This document shows, piece after piece, positions 35,745 through 37,171 of a DNA stretch of 37,171 nucleotides; positions within the stretch are counted from its first letter, which is position 1; each line of letters starts with the position of its first letter. The notes beneath the pieces are model-generated. The model did no database searches. It saw only the letters and a list, made by a program, of their open reading frames with translations, and was not told the DNA's origin. Source of the DNA: Octopus bimaculoides. Taxonomy: Eukaryota. The DNA is taken from contig NC_069001.1 in NCBI RefSeq assembly GCF_001194135.2, positions 12,351,931 to 12,389,101 of the forward strand, written 5' to 3'. Made by a program: the position numbers and the translations under genes.

Positions 35745-35910
35745 AGGTGTGTAATTTAGTGGTTAATGTGTTCAACTCATGAACGTAAGATAGTGGTTTC
35801 AATTCCTGGAGCGGGTGATGTATTTGTTGTGTTCTTGACCAAGCACTTCATTTCGTATTGAATCCTGCGATGGATAAGCGTCCCGGCCAGGTGAGGAATA
35901 TACTCGCTTG
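35745..35910 (+). mobile_element. Old CORE/MIR-like tRNA SINE (family D)
   Basis: tRNA-like head (ttagtggtt...gtttcaattcctgg), then gtgttcttgaccaagcacttca (CORE-like) and cctgcgatggataagcgtcccggccagg. Confidence 0.55.
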
Positions 35911-35980
35911 TGAGTTTATATGACTCGGGATGGATTTTTATCCCTTTATCCTATCTTTTCGTGGGAACCTGGTAAGGGAA

Positions 35981-36050
35981 TTTAAGAGTTTTGAGGTGTA
36001 TGGAATCACCTGTTATTTAAGAGTTTTGAGGTGTATGGAATCACCTGTTA
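35981..36050. repeat. Perfect 35-bp tandem duplication
   Basis: tttaagagttttgaggtgtatggaatcacctgtta at 35981-36015 and 36016-36050. Confidence 0.95.
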
Positions 36051-36061
36051 TCCTCTATTTT

Positions 36062-36285
36062 TCACATGTGTAATCTGAACTGGAGTCGTCGTCTCCAGCT
36101 CGTATCAGAGCATAGGGTTCGCCAGTTTCTGTCCAGTCTCCTCCGGCGATGTTTGTGCTGCATGTGATTTTGGAGTCCAAGTCGGCAGTGGAAGAACCTT
36201 GAGCAGAACGCACACAGGATAGTCGGTACGGGTCGAGGATATTGAAGACGCTCCTTTCTTCTGCGTTTTACCTCCTCCTGTTGTC
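36062..36285 (-). pseudogene. RTE-clade LINE extreme 3' end
   Basis: QQEEVKRRRKERLQYPRPVPTILCAFCSRFFHCRLGLQNHMQHKH: basic helix plus C2H2-like knuckle typical of RTE ORF ends. Confidence 0.8.
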
Positions 36286-36470
36286 TTAAATTTCTGGATG
36301 ATTTTGAAAGCTGTTACAGTTCCAGTCATGGCTTAGGCACGTATTGTTAGAATCAGCTTTCGCCTTTCTGATTTCTCAAGATTGGTCTTTAGTAAGTGTG
36401 TTACCATTCCCAGTAGCCTAATAATTACAGGTATACACCTGATCTTGTTATCTAGACAGAGTAACTGCAG
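36286..36470 (-). mobile_element. Short remnant of the same RLE LINE family as 12226-12801
   Basis: LQLLCLDNKIRCIPVIIRLLGMVTHLLKTNLEK..ERRKLI..TGTVTAFKIIQKF aligns with the C-terminus of the 12.5-kb copy; its 5' end abuts (ATAC)n. Confidence 0.75.
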
Positions 36471-37171
36471 ATGTATGTATGTGTGTGTGTATGTACGTAC
36501 GATTCATCTTGCGGTACAAGTCAATAAAATGCATTATGGCGACCAAGATGGAGCGGCAAATGTGTTGCACAAGATTTTACCACTTAAATCCAATGACGAA
36601 CAGATGTCACTGAATGTGAGGGGGCTATCATGTCACAAAATTAGGCAACCATCATATATGCATATAAATCAATACTATATTTATTCATTGTCAACACATC
36701 CTGGTGTACTAATTGCTGTTACATCCGTCATCGGACAACCACTCCCATTAGATGAGGAATACGTAATACATGCGATACATTGATCAAAATCTCCATATAT
36801 TAGAGTATCACATGTGTTATACACACACACCGTCTACAGTGAAAACATATTCTCCGTTCACGACATACAGCAGCGATTAATATATTCACGTTCCCGTTCG
36901 AATCTTCCAGAATGAATTGTGAATGAAGAAGAAACAATATTTTTTAGATTCTCGGTATTACGCTCGCACCTCATGCATCATTACTGCTATTGTTATGATA
37001 TATGCGCACAGAGAAACACATACATATGCACACACAGACATATATATAATTTGAATATTTATATAGCACATATATACATATAATATATATATATATATAT
37101 ATCTATCTATCCATATATATATATATAAAATAAATATTTATATAACATATACATAGATAATATATATATAT

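Noticed and set aside
1-37171. CRISPR arrays, true tRNA/rRNA genes and known conserved miRNAs
   Set aside because: No repeat-spacer arrays. tRNA-like heads all continue into SINE bodies. I recognised no rRNA or conserved mature miRNA sequence by eye.

Overview
Repeat-dense, AT-rich, essentially non-coding eukaryotic DNA from a gapped short-read scaffold (nine N runs, about 3.2 kb). The SINE and LINE content suggests a coleoid cephalopod, most likely Octopus; this is inferred from repeat motifs, not from a search. No intact protein-coding gene can be supported, and nearly all long ORFs in the track are microsatellite or N-gap artefacts. The window is a mosaic of at least four tRNA-derived SINE families, decayed 3' ends of RLE-type (R4/Dong-like) and RTE LINEs, Tc1/mariner-type MITEs and many microsatellites. 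The most interesting signals are: (1) a 660-bp foldback element whose two arms each carry a minimal type-I hammerhead ribozyme motif of the Penelope type; (2) a second, unrelated hammerhead-like motif; (3) two RLE LINE families that each sit in a different microsatellite, (TAA)n versus (ATAC)n. A few splice-flanked micro-exon candidates are listed at low confidence. I see no firm evidence for a wholly new system; the best leads are ribozyme-bearing and target-specific retroelements.
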